From a virus: DNA of 64,000 nt. Positions within the stretch are counted from its first letter, which is position 1. Every line of letters begins with the position of its first letter. The DNA lies in the IMG/VR virus record IMGVR_UViG_3300016476_001599, positions 1-64,000 of that record. One strand, written 5' to 3'. The position numbers and the translations under genes are program-made. The notes beneath the pieces are model-generated. The model was not told where the DNA came from, searched no databases, and worked only from the letters and a program-made list of their open reading frames with translations. Shown here in pieces: positions 38,681 to 49,430 of this stretch.

Positions 38681-38983
38681 ATGAAAAATCTTAGTTTTGA
38701 GGAATTTGCTGCCAAGTACTGCGAGACGCAGCAATCGACTCCGGAAAGCCTGGCAGCAGTTCTCGAGTCCCAGGTCAATAAGTTTCAGCCGACAGGTTGG
38801 TTCTTGAGTCAATGCGAAGACATGTGTTCGTGTAATTTTGGAAACCAGGTAATCCTTCCGTACGGCCCGTCCAACACTTTCAAAGAGATACCCGCGAACA
38901 GGTTAGTTAGACCGCACACAGGATCCGGCTGTACGTATTCCGTTGTAGCCAATTTACCCGTAGGAGAGTTCAATGCAAGGTAA
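38681..38983 (+). CDS. Hypothetical protein
   Basis: ATG 38681 in the track ORF. Confidence 0.5.
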   Translation: MKNLSFEEFAAKYCETQQSTPESLAAVLESQVNKFQPTGWFLSQCEDMCSCNFGNQVILPYGPSNTFKEIPANRLVRPHTGSGCTYSVVANLPVGEFNAR

Positions 38984-39197
38984 AGAACATGTGCGACTGG
39001 AAGGCACAGTAAAGCGAATGACGCACAAAGCCGTGCTTGTGGCCTTGACGTCGCCAAAGGTCAAAGAGATCTGGATCCCGTCAAGTCAGTTGAAAGACAC
39101 GGACTGCCTGGCGGAAGGGGACGAGGGCTACTTCGTTATTCCGCAGTGGCTGGCTGAAAAGAACGATCTTTTGGAAGACGAGGAAGACGACGAGTGA
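38973..39197 (+). CDS. Small beta-barrel phage protein
   Basis: THKAVLV...WIPSSQL...IPQWLA motif. Confidence 0.6.
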   Translation: MQGKEHVRLEGTVKRMTHKAVLVALTSPKVKEIWIPSSQLKDTDCLAEGDEGYFVIPQWLAEKNDLLEDEEDDE

Positions 39198-40096
39198 AAC
39201 AAGGAAACACGAAACTTGGTAAATCGATTTGGCAGTGGAGCTTAATCGCCGGCCTGGAGACTATCTGTATTGGTGCTACGTCCGCCTGCCTGAAAGTTTG
39301 CTACGCCATGCGAAACCACTACAGGTACGAACCGGTTCAAGACAGCCTCTACAAAAATTATGAGCTGTCGCTAACCGACTTCTTTGTCGGTTTCATACTG
39401 GGTTGTTTGTTTCTATTCAAAATTCGAACCGTCCGCATACATGCTTCTGGGGATTTCTACAGTCCGGAGTATGTCAGAAAGTGGACGGAGATCGCACAGT
39501 GTAGGCCTGACGTTACATTTTACGCCTACACTCGCAGCTGGCGAAACCGAGACGGCAGTTTAAACGATCCGATGTTGCAAGCGTTCACCACTTTAGCCGC
39601 GTTACCAAACGTCCGGCTGTGGTACTCTTGCGACAAGGACACCGGAGAACCGCCATTGACTTCGCATGTTATGCGATGCTACCTGCAGGGCAACGACGAG
39701 GACACCCCGAGCTACGATGTCGATCTCTTTTTCCGCAATTTGCGAAAGAGTATCGTCAAACGGATTAAGGGTAAGATAGTCTGCCCTGTGGAAAACGGTG
39801 CTACGTCGACAACATGTAGCGCTTGTAAGTTGTGTTACACTCCGGTCTTGTTACACCGGATAAACGCAAAAGTTGTCAAAAGTAACTCGGATATCGGTTC
39901 AAGCGGTTTAATCGATTCCGTCTTTTCAAACGACCGCAAATGTAAACAGGAATTTAAACAGGAAGAAATTGAGAATGAAAACTGCATATCCGACAAACAA
40001 CAAGCCCGCAAATCGCCCAAGCCGAAAAGCCGTCGGCAACACGGAAAACCAAAGTCCGCGAAATCCAGGTGTCCGCGTCTATTCGCTGGACGGTAA
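39194..40096 (+). CDS. Gp88-like Cys-cluster (radical-SAM-like) phage protein
   Basis: CIGATSACLKVCYA, VRIHASGDF, FYAYTRS, CP...CSACKLC. Confidence 0.7.
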   Translation: MKQGNTKLGKSIWQWSLIAGLETICIGATSACLKVCYAMRNHYRYEPVQDSLYKNYELSLTDFFVGFILGCLFLFKIRTVRIHASGDFYSPEYVRKWTEIAQCRPDVTFYAYTRSWRNRDGSLNDPMLQAFTTLAALPNVRLWYSCDKDTGEPPLTSHVMRCYLQGNDEDTPSYDVDLFFRNLRKSIVKRIKGKIVCPVENGATSTTCSACKLCYTPVLLHRINAKVVKSNSDIGSSGLIDSVFSNDRKCKQEFKQEEIENENCISDKQQARKSPKPKSRRQHGKPKSAKSRCPRLFAGR

Positions 40097-40502
40097 GCTG
40101 ATTGCCGTGTACGGTCAGGCTAACCACTGGTGGGCGGAAGAGGTTCGCGCAAAATACTACGACGAGAACGGTAGACTCGGCACAATGGCCGCGGCTGAGC
40201 TCGCACGCTGGAAGTACATGGCAGAACTTGTTGACCTGCCCCGTCGTACGACTTCACACGAGGCCGAGCCGCAAGATTCGCAAATCCCTTATGCTATTCG
40301 ACTGCTCTGGGGCATCCGCAACTCCGAAGATTTGAAAAAGGCCCTCTCAAGTCATCGTTGCGGGCAGTGCGAAGATTGCCGAAAATTCGGCGACAAGGGT
40401 AGCAACTGCGAAGACCGTAGACTTCTACGGACGGTAGCGATCGAGCACGGCTTCAAGCCCGCAGGTGTCCGTGCTCGACCCAAGTCGCTCATTCGCCGCT
40501 AG
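39975..40502 (+). CDS. Hypothetical protein with Cys cluster
   Basis: HRCGQCEDC...C. Confidence 0.5.
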   Translation: MKTAYPTNNKPANRPSRKAVGNTENQSPRNPGVRVYSLDGKLIAVYGQANHWWAEEVRAKYYDENGRLGTMAAAELARWKYMAELVDLPRRTTSHEAEPQDSQIPYAIRLLWGIRNSEDLKKALSSHRCGQCEDCRKFGDKGSNCEDRRLLRTVAIEHGFKPAGVRARPKSLIRR

Positions 40503-41662
40503 TAAGCGGCGGCTGCTTTCTCTAAATCCACATCCGCCAAAGGACTGCTTGCGACTTTCGACCGGGCGGGAAATTGCCCGGCTGATTTCAAAAGCTTTTC
40601 AAGCAGTTCTGCGTCGGGTTTGGGTAACGTGTGAGCAATAGCCGCCAGTTTTTCAGGATCAACTTCCAAGCCGACGCATGACTCTTTTGCGAATTCATCG
40701 CCCAAGAATTCCACAAGGTCTTGCCTTGCCAGTTTTGCAAGTTGATCCTTTCCGTAAACATTTCCGGTCTGCAGCTCGCACATATCGTCGCAAGCTGCAG
40801 CCGCCTTGGAGAACGAGACTGCGAAAACGATATCCTCTGGACGAGGTATTGCTTCCGTGTACTTTCCCTTCAACCCGATGGCGTAATCCATCTCGTCGAT
40901 AGTTGCCGCCAGTTTTAACGCTGTGTCCCGGTCGAGAAACACCTCGGGTCGCTCATTGATTACCTCCGCTAACTTTTCAATGCTGTCACGGTGTGTTTCG
41001 CTCTTAGCGAGCAGCGCGCGTGCGTACAAGGCGCTTTGCACTTTCGACAAATCTGGAAGACCGTAACCGGCTTGCTTTTCAAGTTGGTCTGCTACAGCAT
41101 TCCCGAGATCGACTCCGCAAGCCGCAGCTTTAGATAAAATCTTTCCCGCAACGACGCAACGGTCTTCGAAAATAAAATTGTCCTTGTTTTCATCGAGCCA
41201 GGCTGCTGCGGCTTTGATCTCGTCCGCGTCGGTCAACGGGTAATGCCTTTCAACGATGAAGTCCTGTCCCTGCTTTGTTTTGTAAACGTATGCGTAGTCG
41301 CTGTCGTCCAGCGACGGCGACGCAACTTCTTTGCTGAGAACTTTGTCGCAAGCAGCTTTAACCCCATGGTATTCAGCCGCCTTCCGCAGGTTTTCTTCGA
41401 TCCTTTTCTGCTCATTAAGACTGAATGAAGCACGCTTAATCTGAAAATAAGCCGAGGAAAGCCAAGTTGCAGCCGCCGTGTGACAAGGGTACCTTAAACT
41501 ATGTGGGTAATCCGCATACGCAGTTTTCGCTATGTATGCAGTGTTCGCCACCGTGTCCATTTCCGCTGTCTTGACGAAGTCCGGAAGTTCGAAAGTTTCT
41601 GCGACCTTGATCAAGCCAGATTTGTTTTTATCGTTGGTAGGGTCAAGTACAGGGTAAGTCAT
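40499..41662 (-). CDS. Ala/Lys-rich hypothetical protein, possibly head-associated
   Basis: Long minus-strand ORF; HYPLTDADEIKAA; recurrent EKxA motifs. Confidence 0.65.
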   Translation of the reverse strand: MTYPVLDPTNDKNKSGLIKVAETFELPDFVKTAEMDTVANTAYIAKTAYADYPHSLRYPCHTAAATWLSSAYFQIKRASFSLNEQKRIEENLRKAAEYHGVKAACDKVLSKEVASPSLDDSDYAYVYKTKQGQDFIVERHYPLTDADEIKAAAAWLDENKDNFIFEDRCVVAGKILSKAAACGVDLGNAVADQLEKQAGYGLPDLSKVQSALYARALLAKSETHRDSIEKLAEVINERPEVFLDRDTALKLAATIDEMDYAIGLKGKYTEAIPRPEDIVFAVSFSKAAAACDDMCELQTGNVYGKDQLAKLARQDLVEFLGDEFAKESCVGLEVDPEKLAAIAHTLPKPDAELLEKLLKSAGQFPARSKVASSPLADVDLEKAAAAY

Positions 41663-41663
41663 C

Positions 41664-43898
41664 GTGTCTAGTCTCCTCGACATTCACTCCAGTTTAACGT
41701 ATTCCGTGATAGCCCCCTACATAGGGCTAGAGCCTTTTGACATATACACGGCTGCGGGAAAGTGCCCGTATTGCGGTGAAAACTCTTGGAACATCTACCA
41801 AGATAGCAGATATCTGGAAGAATCGCACTACTGTTCTGATTGCAAAAAAGCCGGGACCGTGCTGGGTCTTGCGGCTTCGCGGCTTAAAATGTCTCAAGTC
41901 GAGACGATTAAATATCTGTACACCAAGCTTGAGTACCAAGTGCCGGAGAAATTCGTAACCGATTTTGATCGCGTGCAGAACCGGCAAGATCGGGTTAACA
42001 CCATCTGGCAAACAGCCCAGAATGAAATGATGAAGCCGACTTCTCCCGGCCTAGAACTGCTGCATTACTACGGTTTGCGACCGGATCGCATGAGTCGCGA
42101 AAGATTTTTATCCGGTCCAGGTTCGCTTTTCGGCACGATCACCGGCAGCGAAATACGAAAACTTTTTCTGGAACCACAATTTAGGACGCACAAACGTGCA
42201 ATACTCGTCGTTCCGTGCTACCGAAACCCTAAAGACATTGGCTATGTAACGCTTACAACGCAAGACGGCGAAATTGCGCCGGGCGTCAAACTTTGCATCA
42301 GTGACATAGCGTTTTCTGGGCTTCAGCTGTTGCATCGCTTCCAAGCACCATTCGTGATTGTAACATCGATGATGACAAATTATTTGCAGTTACAAAACAT
42401 GAACTTCACAACTAGCGACGTGCCTTTACCGATGTTCGGTTGGACAAAACCTGCAAGGTCCTTTTGCAAGTCACAATGGTGCATCGCTGAGGGTAAATTA
42501 CCTATCTTTTGGGAAAAGTATCCTACCCCCATAATCCTGCACCAGGCGATGATGCTCGGGGCTAAGCTGTCTTTTGTCGGTCCGGAACCGCTTCGAAGGC
42601 AGAACGGGCAGGTGTCTCGCGAGAATTGGAACAGTTGGCTGCGGCACGATCCGCCTGCAGATATAGTGCGACGAATCGCCAACAACGCCAAACCCTATGA
42701 AAAAGCCTTGTCGGACTGGCTTAAAACCGCATCACACGACAAAAAAGCTCAGTTGATGGCCGACTGCGATAACTACGGTGAAAGCGTTTCAAAGCTAGTT
42801 CGATCGCACCTGGACCCGAACTTCAAGTCCTCTTTCTCTCGTCGCGTGAACGTCCCAACGCGGCACGGCGCCGGTAACCGGTTTACGCACGGACACACCG
42901 TTGTCGTCGAGCGTGACGGCAAGTGGTTCAACTTGCAGAATGTTGTTAAGTTTCCAGGGACACTTCGCGTAAGCCACGTGGTAGTGCGACCAGACGGCGA
43001 GAAGGAACACGTCGGAGTTTTCAGGATAAACAGGACTGAAATACCTTTTCGCGTCGAAGAAAAGAAAGGAACTCTTCGGTATTTCGTTGAGCTGGCACTT
43101 TCCAACGAGATACCTGTTTTCCTGCCGCACGAGGCACCCCTTTGGACGATGAGAGCTTGCGAAAGCTTTGAACCTTTAGCCGTAGCTTGTCGAATTGAGG
43201 AGCCGCAGATAGTGAAAGGTTTGGACCGCATTGGGTGGGATCCGGAAGGCTTTCAACTATACGGTACAAAAGTCGTCAAGGGCGTTTTCAAGACGACGCC
43301 GCCTTATACCTTCTCGGACGCGGTTCCTGGCCCGCGCCAGAGTTATTGCAAACTGACGGAAGACGTACAAGAGTCACTGCAGAAACCAGGGCCTGAAATG
43401 GAAATAGTCTGGGCGACAGCGATAGCAATGTGTGCGCAGATTACGGCCAGCGTTGGCAAGAAGACTCCGCACGGTGTCGCCATTACGCGAACGGAATACG
43501 ACTCGTTTCTGCACCAGCTGTTTGTTCGTTTCGACTTGCGAGAAGGACCCTTGGGACCGTGGAAACACCATTGGCCGCGTAAAGTAGAGAAACTAAGCGT
43601 GGCGGTTAAAAAGTGTGCCGACAACTATTTTGTGGCTTTTAATGACAAGCCCGGGGCGTCAGAAGTTGTCGAGGTTTATGCCGAAGACGAGAACCTTGAA
43701 GCTCGCCTATTGTCGCACAGTGCGGACAAGATAGCGATAAATTACTTGAAGCACTTTACACGGCAAGAGCTTCCCAAGGGTGTTCGGATGTACAAAGGCT
43801 GGTTAGATCTTACACGCAAGCTTTTCGGCGAGTTGTTCGACTTCGTACCTTGCGAAATGTTGGACAAGGCTTATTGCAGGTTGAAAGTCAATTCCTAG
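41664..43898 (+). CDS. Large protein with N-terminal Zn finger (primase-like)
   Basis: CPYC...YCSDCKKAG resembles the primase Zn-binding domain; catalytic motifs not clearly recognised. Confidence 0.45.
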   Translation: MSSLLDIHSSLTYSVIAPYIGLEPFDIYTAAGKCPYCGENSWNIYQDSRYLEESHYCSDCKKAGTVLGLAASRLKMSQVETIKYLYTKLEYQVPEKFVTDFDRVQNRQDRVNTIWQTAQNEMMKPTSPGLELLHYYGLRPDRMSRERFLSGPGSLFGTITGSEIRKLFLEPQFRTHKRAILVVPCYRNPKDIGYVTLTTQDGEIAPGVKLCISDIAFSGLQLLHRFQAPFVIVTSMMTNYLQLQNMNFTTSDVPLPMFGWTKPARSFCKSQWCIAEGKLPIFWEKYPTPIILHQAMMLGAKLSFVGPEPLRRQNGQVSRENWNSWLRHDPPADIVRRIANNAKPYEKALSDWLKTASHDKKAQLMADCDNYGESVSKLVRSHLDPNFKSSFSRRVNVPTRHGAGNRFTHGHTVVVERDGKWFNLQNVVKFPGTLRVSHVVVRPDGEKEHVGVFRINRTEIPFRVEEKKGTLRYFVELALSNEIPVFLPHEAPLWTMRACESFEPLAVACRIEEPQIVKGLDRIGWDPEGFQLYGTKVVKGVFKTTPPYTFSDAVPGPRQSYCKLTEDVQESLQKPGPEMEIVWATAIAMCAQITASVGKKTPHGVAITRTEYDSFLHQLFVRFDLREGPLGPWKHHWPRKVEKLSVAVKKCADNYFVAFNDKPGASEVVEVYAEDENLEARLLSHSADKIAINYLKHFTRQELPKGVRMYKGWLDLTRKLFGELFDFVPCEMLDKAYCRLKVNS

Positions 43899-43937
43899 CT
43901 GCGTGATAATTAGATAAGCTGCAAACGCACATATCGC

Positions 43938-45905
43938 TCAGTACCAGTCCATGTCGCGAACACCCTGCGTCGAGGCTACCACATCCTCGCTTAGGGATAT
44001 GTCCTTGTAGGCGGAAAGGTCCGGAAATCTTCCGGCCATTTGGAACAACATCATGGAACCCATCGTGACGGCTTGCGCGAAATCGTCGGGACCGGCAGGG
44101 TCGCGTAGAATCTTATAAGTGTCGCGACCAGAGGCCGACTCGCTTTTGTCTTCTATAAGATTCAAAAAGTCGTGAAGCAGGCCAACGTCGTCCGAACCTC
44201 GGTAATCGTATTCAAAGAACCGCAACACCCCGCTTTTCACAAACTGGCAGCAGTAGTTTAACGCTCTGTTCCGGTCCATCGCGTAATGCGCACGCGGATG
44301 CTTTTCGGTTGCGGGCTTGAAAACGATCAAACCGCCCTTAGCCGGTCCGGTATATGCCACAGGTAAAATGCGGTCACGGGGTAGCCCTTCTTGAACGAGC
44401 AGCGTCTCGCGGACGGTACCTGCCCCGGTGTAATCGTGCACAACGTGCGAGCAGCGGAAAGCCGACATGATGTTCAGAATCAAGCGAGCCTCCCTCTCGT
44501 GTTCGTGTGGATGCAGACTGCGGTAACCGTAGATAATGTCGACTCGTCCGTCCGGGCAAAGCCCGCACACGGCTATCGAGGTATAAGACTGCAGCGCAAG
44601 GTCGCTCTTACCGTTGCTTACGCCGCCCCCACCCCAGTCGACCGAAACAAAACGATACAGGTAGCTGTCGATGTTCGTCTTCGCCGTTTCAAGCGAGTTT
44701 CTCCAAGGTAAGCAGGCGGCACGCTTTAGGTCCGTGATGGTAACAAGCTTACTGCCACTGTCCCACGACTCGCCGCACACCTCGTTGTAAAAAACGTGAA
44801 TGGGCGTGTTTCCTTTACCGTCCCGCTTGTCAACTAGCGTTTGCCACTTTTCGCGGTTCGCGTAGTGCATTGGCATGATGATCTGCGGCACGTGGTAGCC
44901 TGCAAAGCTCCATCGTTTGTCCCCGTAGCGGTGCAGCCATCGGCCCGTTCCGCCTTGATAGGCAGGTCTAGGATTGATAGGTTTTGTGCATTTAGCACAA
45001 CTGACGCCAGGAGACGTTTCGCTAATATCATCCCGGACGGGACCTATCATCTTAAGTAAGTCGTACTCAAGCGACGGTATGTTCCAGTGGCCGCAACCCC
45101 CGTGCGGGCACTTTATAATCCACTCGGCCATGGAGCTATCGATCCAAAGCCTTTCGATCGTGTTGTCAAGCGTCTTTGGCGTTCCCGCGTACTGTTTGAT
45201 ACCCCAGCTACGCGAAGCGGAAATGGTTTCGTGGATGATCGGTAAAAACGAAATATCCATGTCCTGGATTTCATCGATACAATTCTTGTCGGCAGAGATA
45301 CCCCGTGTTCTTTCAGCGTCAAGGTAGGCGAAAGAGAAAAGCATTTGCGACCGGTTTTTAAACGATCGTTGCAGCACGTTGTTTACCGTTTTCTCGTCAG
45401 TGAACAACTTGCCAACGGGGCTGGTTTCAATGAACGGGGCAACGTAGTTCTGTGAAAAACGCCGGATCATTTCGAACAACGGCGTAAGAAAAAGCGTGCT
45501 AAAATACGGAATACAGTTTGAGAAGAGGACGCCTTGCGCCGCAAGAGACGTGCTTTTTGACACTTGTCGACCTGTCTTTAGCAGCGTCGTCCTCGCCATT
45601 CTAGTTCTAAAGAAAGGAGCAAAAGGAAAGTGATCGTGTAAATGATAAGGTTTGCCACGGATGGAAAGCAGTAGTGGTAGCAAGGGCTGAAGCGTCGGAT
45701 AACCTGACGACCTCAGCATAAATGCCGCCAAGTGAAGTCTACGATCCAGCTGGTTTTTTAACGCCGGTGATCTGTAGCCCATCTCCCGTGCGACGGCTGT
45801 CAGCTTGTTTTCGCTGATTATGTACGGGTCGTGTGCCTGTTCTTCCGCCAAAACCTGGCTGGAAGTTTTTCTGGCGTTTTTGATTTGATCGTAGGAGGAT
45901 GTCAT
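43938..45905 (-). CDS. terL: Terminase large subunit (GpA-like)
   Basis: KTGRQVSKST Walker A, RTRGISAD..CIDEIQD Walker B, GTPKT, Cys pairs, FYNEVCG, VDWG nuclease Asp, PDDFAQA; start taken at MTSSY. Confidence 0.85.
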   Translation of the reverse strand: MTSSYDQIKNARKTSSQVLAEEQAHDPYIISENKLTAVAREMGYRSPALKNQLDRRLHLAAFMLRSSGYPTLQPLLPLLLSIRGKPYHLHDHFPFAPFFRTRMARTTLLKTGRQVSKSTSLAAQGVLFSNCIPYFSTLFLTPLFEMIRRFSQNYVAPFIETSPVGKLFTDEKTVNNVLQRSFKNRSQMLFSFAYLDAERTRGISADKNCIDEIQDMDISFLPIIHETISASRSWGIKQYAGTPKTLDNTIERLWIDSSMAEWIIKCPHGGCGHWNIPSLEYDLLKMIGPVRDDISETSPGVSCAKCTKPINPRPAYQGGTGRWLHRYGDKRWSFAGYHVPQIIMPMHYANREKWQTLVDKRDGKGNTPIHVFYNEVCGESWDSGSKLVTITDLKRAACLPWRNSLETAKTNIDSYLYRFVSVDWGGGGVSNGKSDLALQSYTSIAVCGLCPDGRVDIIYGYRSLHPHEHEREARLILNIMSAFRCSHVVHDYTGAGTVRETLLVQEGLPRDRILPVAYTGPAKGGLIVFKPATEKHPRAHYAMDRNRALNYCCQFVKSGVLRFFEYDYRGSDDVGLLHDFLNLIEDKSESASGRDTYKILRDPAGPDDFAQAVTMGSMMLFQMAGRFPDLSAYKDISLSEDVVASTQGVRDMDWY

Positions 45906-46450
45906 CTTGAAGTTAAGCGATACTGTGTTTGACTTACTGTCCCTCACAGCCAAGAGTATAATCGGAGTAGCGGCCCTAACCGCCAAGTTGGTGATTCTTA
46001 TTGGCGGCGGCTTATTAGCTGTCGTGATGAGAATCAATGATATGGTTTTCAGTTCGACGGACAAAGAGTAACTAGCAGCGGGGGAGGCCACATGCCTACC
46101 AGAAGTTCTTTCGCCTACAGCCGGAGAAAACAATTGCGACCGTTAAATTGGCCGTCGCCTAGATTGGCTCCAAAACAGTTGCTGATCAATCAAACCGAGG
46201 TCCCGAGCGGTAAACCTTTGGAGGAATTGATAGCAGGCGAAGGGGCGCCCCCCTCTGATCGAGTTAGATTAAATAGTTGGTCTCCTCCGATCCCTTCGGA
46301 GGAAGATGGTAATGAATAAAACGATAGCGGTTTGGTTTCTCGGTTTACTGTGCACCGGTTGTTACCTGTGTGCTACGGGTGACATCGGTCTAGGCATCAT
46401 GGCCTTTTTGATGCTTTTCGGTTCGTTAAAAATAGTAAACGGGTAAACCC

Positions 46451-46798
46451 ATGGAATTGATCGTTGCAGCCTTGGCTACGTGGCAAATAATAGAGATATG
46501 GCATCACTCCTTACTGTTCGCCGGAAGGCGGGCCGTCGTGGAGACCTGGACAGGCAAACTCGGGGAACTCCTGGTTTGTTGTTTTTGCTTATCTCCCTGG
46601 GTCGCACTTTTGTGCGTCTTTATCTTGCAAATTCAAGGCACCGGGTTGGCCGTTTGGTTCGCTAAAGCCGTAATTATGGCTCTAGCAGCAGCCAGACTGG
46701 CCAATCTGGGCAACGATTATTTCTACACCGTCTGTCGTACTCCCAAATTTAGTATCGACGACTTGAACCTCGAAGAAAAAGGTCAAAAAGATGAGTGA
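46451..46798 (+). CDS. DUF1360-like membrane protein
   Basis: LATWQI...KLGELLVCCFCLSPWVA. Confidence 0.65.
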   Translation: MELIVAALATWQIIEIWHHSLLFAGRRAVVETWTGKLGELLVCCFCLSPWVALLCVFILQIQGTGLAVWFAKAVIMALAAARLANLGNDYFYTVCRTPKFSIDDLNLEEKGQKDE

Positions 46799-47105
46799 CA
46801 ACAAGGCAACGCTAGCAAGAAATTTTAAACTGCAATCAGCGATGGCTGCCGCGGCGATGCTTGGTTACGGCGGCGAACTTATGCGCAGCGTTGGATCGCG
46901 TAGCGAACCAGCAACGCCTTCTCGCCCGTGCGTGAACTGCGGCAAAGAAAAGCAACACAACAACGCGTACTGCAGCAGAGATTGCTGTCGCAAACACAGG
47001 GCTAAGAAGAATTTTAGGTTTGCGTTGGCGTACGGCGTAGGTAGAACCGATTTCTACGTCGCAGAAGACGCCCAAACGGACTTGTACGATAGCCCGAGAA
47101 AGTAG
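46791..47105 (+). CDS. Small Zn-finger protein
   Basis: CVNC...YCSRDC. Confidence 0.55.
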   Translation: MSDNKATLARNFKLQSAMAAAAMLGYGGELMRSVGSRSEPATPSRPCVNCGKEKQHNNAYCSRDCCRKHRAKKNFRFALAYGVGRTDFYVAEDAQTDLYDSPRK

Positions 47106-47114
47106 CGGGTCGAA

Positions 47115-47606
47115 ATGTCTGAAGAAAACAAATACTACGTTCATCCGCAAGAAACGTGGAGCAAAGCAGAGTGCGAAAAAAGGGCTAAACATTACGCCCG
47201 CGATGGTCTCGGGACCAAATACCCGTTTCCAGGTTATTTGGGTTCCTCTGCTTTCTCTCGCTCGCAATTCGGACGCACACGTTACAACGGCGGTTGCGTC
47301 ATAGACGGGGAATGGTATGTGGGCGAGGAAATACCTTTTCCAGTAATTCACGCGGATTACGAGATAGTCGTTGTCCGCACATGGGGTTGGCGAATTAGAA
47401 GGAAAGAAAAAAATCGATGCCTAGCCCGTACAAACTGTGCAAAGAACGCTGGAGTAAGTGCATTCAGCATTTACCAAGCGTCAAGGAAAAAACCAAGCAA
47501 GCCAAACGTAAGTTTAGACAGCTCGAAAGAGACGCTTTGCGAAAAGGGAAAGAGCCTCCGGTTAGCATTTCAGCCGGGGAACGCTACTAGCGAACGCAAA
47601 GTCTAG
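47115..47606 (+). CDS. Hypothetical protein
   Basis: ORF track. Confidence 0.45.
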   Translation: MSEENKYYVHPQETWSKAECEKRAKHYARDGLGTKYPFPGYLGSSAFSRSQFGRTRYNGGCVIDGEWYVGEEIPFPVIHADYEIVVVRTWGWRIRRKEKNRCLARTNCAKNAGVSAFSIYQASRKKPSKPNVSLDSSKETLCEKGKSLRLAFQPGNATSERKV

Positions 47607-47890
47607 CGTATTAATTTCTCGACCAATAACACGAGTTGAAACATGCGAATACCGGATGAAATAAAACAAAACATTTTGCAGCGACTAGGCTACAAGCGAG
47701 AGAAAAGCAGTGCCAACGCAAACCGTGAGCTGGTGGAGCGTTGGCGACACCGGGACTGTCGGCGGAACACCAAAAGCTCGTCGCTTCTGTCTGTTTGGAG
47801 ACACATCGTTCGACACCGATTTGTAAAAGCCGATCGGAGATCCCGCAGTATTCGGTTTTGGTTGGACGAAGATTAAAAGAAAGAAGTTAA

Positions 47891-48151
47891 ATGGTGATTC
47901 ACATTGCAGCGAAAGACATCCGTGTTGGCGACGAGGTCTACAATAAACACGCTAAGCACCCTGCTTTCCAGTGGACAAGGGTGCGGGAAATCAAGCCGAC
48001 ACAAGTAGCCGTAACACTTGAAGGCGGAAGTGTTAAAGAAGTGGAAGGCTTCGAGTTCAACTGCGGAGCTTATACTTTCACGTTGACTGCCCGGGAAGGT
48101 TTTTCTGTCCGAAGACTCCCGGACGTTTCTTCATCTGTTTGTAATTATTGA
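47891..48151 (+). CDS. Hypothetical protein
   Basis: AKDIRVGD motif. Confidence 0.5.
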   Translation: MVIHIAAKDIRVGDEVYNKHAKHPAFQWTRVREIKPTQVAVTLEGGSVKEVEGFEFNCGAYTFTLTAREGFSVRRLPDVSSSVCNY

Positions 48152-48163
48152 AAGGTTAAACCT

Positions 48164-48574
48164 ATGGGCTTGAGCATGATGTTTGCGGTTGCACCGCTGT
48201 GCGAGCTGACGGACGAAAGAAAGAACGCTTTGAAAGAGATTATTAAGACTCTTGACGCTGAAGACTTCGAAGATTGCGCCGCTTTTCTTTACGACGCTAA
48301 CGTCGACGAAAAACGTGAACAACTTTTTGAATACGTTGTGGAGGTCTGCGAAAACCACGAACAGCCGGCGAAAGACGTGGGTTGGCTTCGCATAGATCCC
48401 ATGAATTACCTTTTGGGTATCACAGGCGCCCCGTCGCACGGGGACTCGCCTACCGACTCGTACGACGCTTTTAACGCTGTTAGCTGCATCGAACAGGTTT
48501 TCGATCAGCTTATAACGTGGGCGATCGAAGATTTTAAGCGGTCTAGCGATCGGTCGAGTGAAGCCTCTGATTGA
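48164..48574 (+). CDS. Acidic hypothetical protein
   Basis: 136 aa; ITGAPSHGDSP. Confidence 0.6.
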   Translation: MGLSMMFAVAPLCELTDERKNALKEIIKTLDAEDFEDCAAFLYDANVDEKREQLFEYVVEVCENHEQPAKDVGWLRIDPMNYLLGITGAPSHGDSPTDSYDAFNAVSCIEQVFDQLITWAIEDFKRSSDRSSEASD

Positions 48575-48911
48575 GCTAGCGAGACGTAATCTTAGACCAT
48601 TGCGTGTTATCACAAGTACATAGTTGAAAGGAAACTGCGACGTGTCGCGACCGAAAGAGTACGACCCTCAGCAAGGGTATAAATATCAAATTTTTACTCG
48701 CCAAGCTTCTGGCGGCGAGAGAAGGTGGGAGCATTGCGACTACGCTGCAGACGTCAAAGAGCTCCGATACATTGTGCGAGAGCAGCGTACAGCTTATGGC
48801 CCGGATTTCAGGTTCCACTTTGTCAGACTTCCAAAAAAGTACTGGCCGCAGAAAAAACCTGCTTAACAACTTTTTGTTGCAAAACAGCACAACCTTTTAA
48901 AGAATTACACG

Positions 48912-49430
48912 ATGTCAAAGTTTAAAGACTTGTCAGAGCTCCTAGCCCATTTTCAAATTGAAAAGTGGGATATTTTGCTCATTGGAGATGGTTCGGGATC
49001 GGCGACAGGGCCTTGCGGCTGGGGCTGTATTTCGATTGAAAAAGAAGGCTTAAAGCGTTCAACGTGGAGTGGAAACTTGAGCGAGGGCACTGTAAATGTT
49101 GCCGAGTACATGGCTTACATTCAACCGCTCATTCACTTCTCGCGGCAGCAAACAAAAGCTGCCAGCTGCAAGTACGTTCACATCTTCACCGATAGTCAGG
49201 TGGTTGCAACCGCCAGTCCCAGTTTTGTCTGCGGCAAGTTCTTGACCAACTTCCTGGCGTTCGGTCTTATCGTTAAAACGCATTGGTTGCCACGCGAAAC
49301 GCTGCAAGGAAACAAGCTGGTCGACAAGATCAGTAAGTACGCTCGCGCCGACGCTAAAGGTGCTCGGTACGTTGAAAACGCCCTTTCCATAATGGGCAAG
49401 AAAGACATTTATGAAATCGAGCCTTCATGA
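48912..49430 (+). CDS. Ribonuclease HI-like protein
   Basis: IGDGS..GWG, TVNVAE, IFTDSQ, NKLVD: all four acidic catalytic positions. Confidence 0.75.
   Translation: MSKFKDLSELLAHFQIEKWDILLIGDGSGSATGPCGWGCISIEKEGLKRSTWSGNLSEGTVNVAEYMAYIQPLIHFSRQQTKAASCKYVHIFTDSQVVATASPSFVCGKFLTNFLAFGLIVKTHWLPRETLQGNKLVDKISKYARADAKGARYVENALSIMGKKDIYEIEPS

Noticed and set aside
45906-46133. N-terminal extension of the terminase in the ORF track
   Set aside because: Looks non-coding in this frame and overlaps a plausible small + strand membrane ORF (about 45925-46071); ATG at 45905 preferred.
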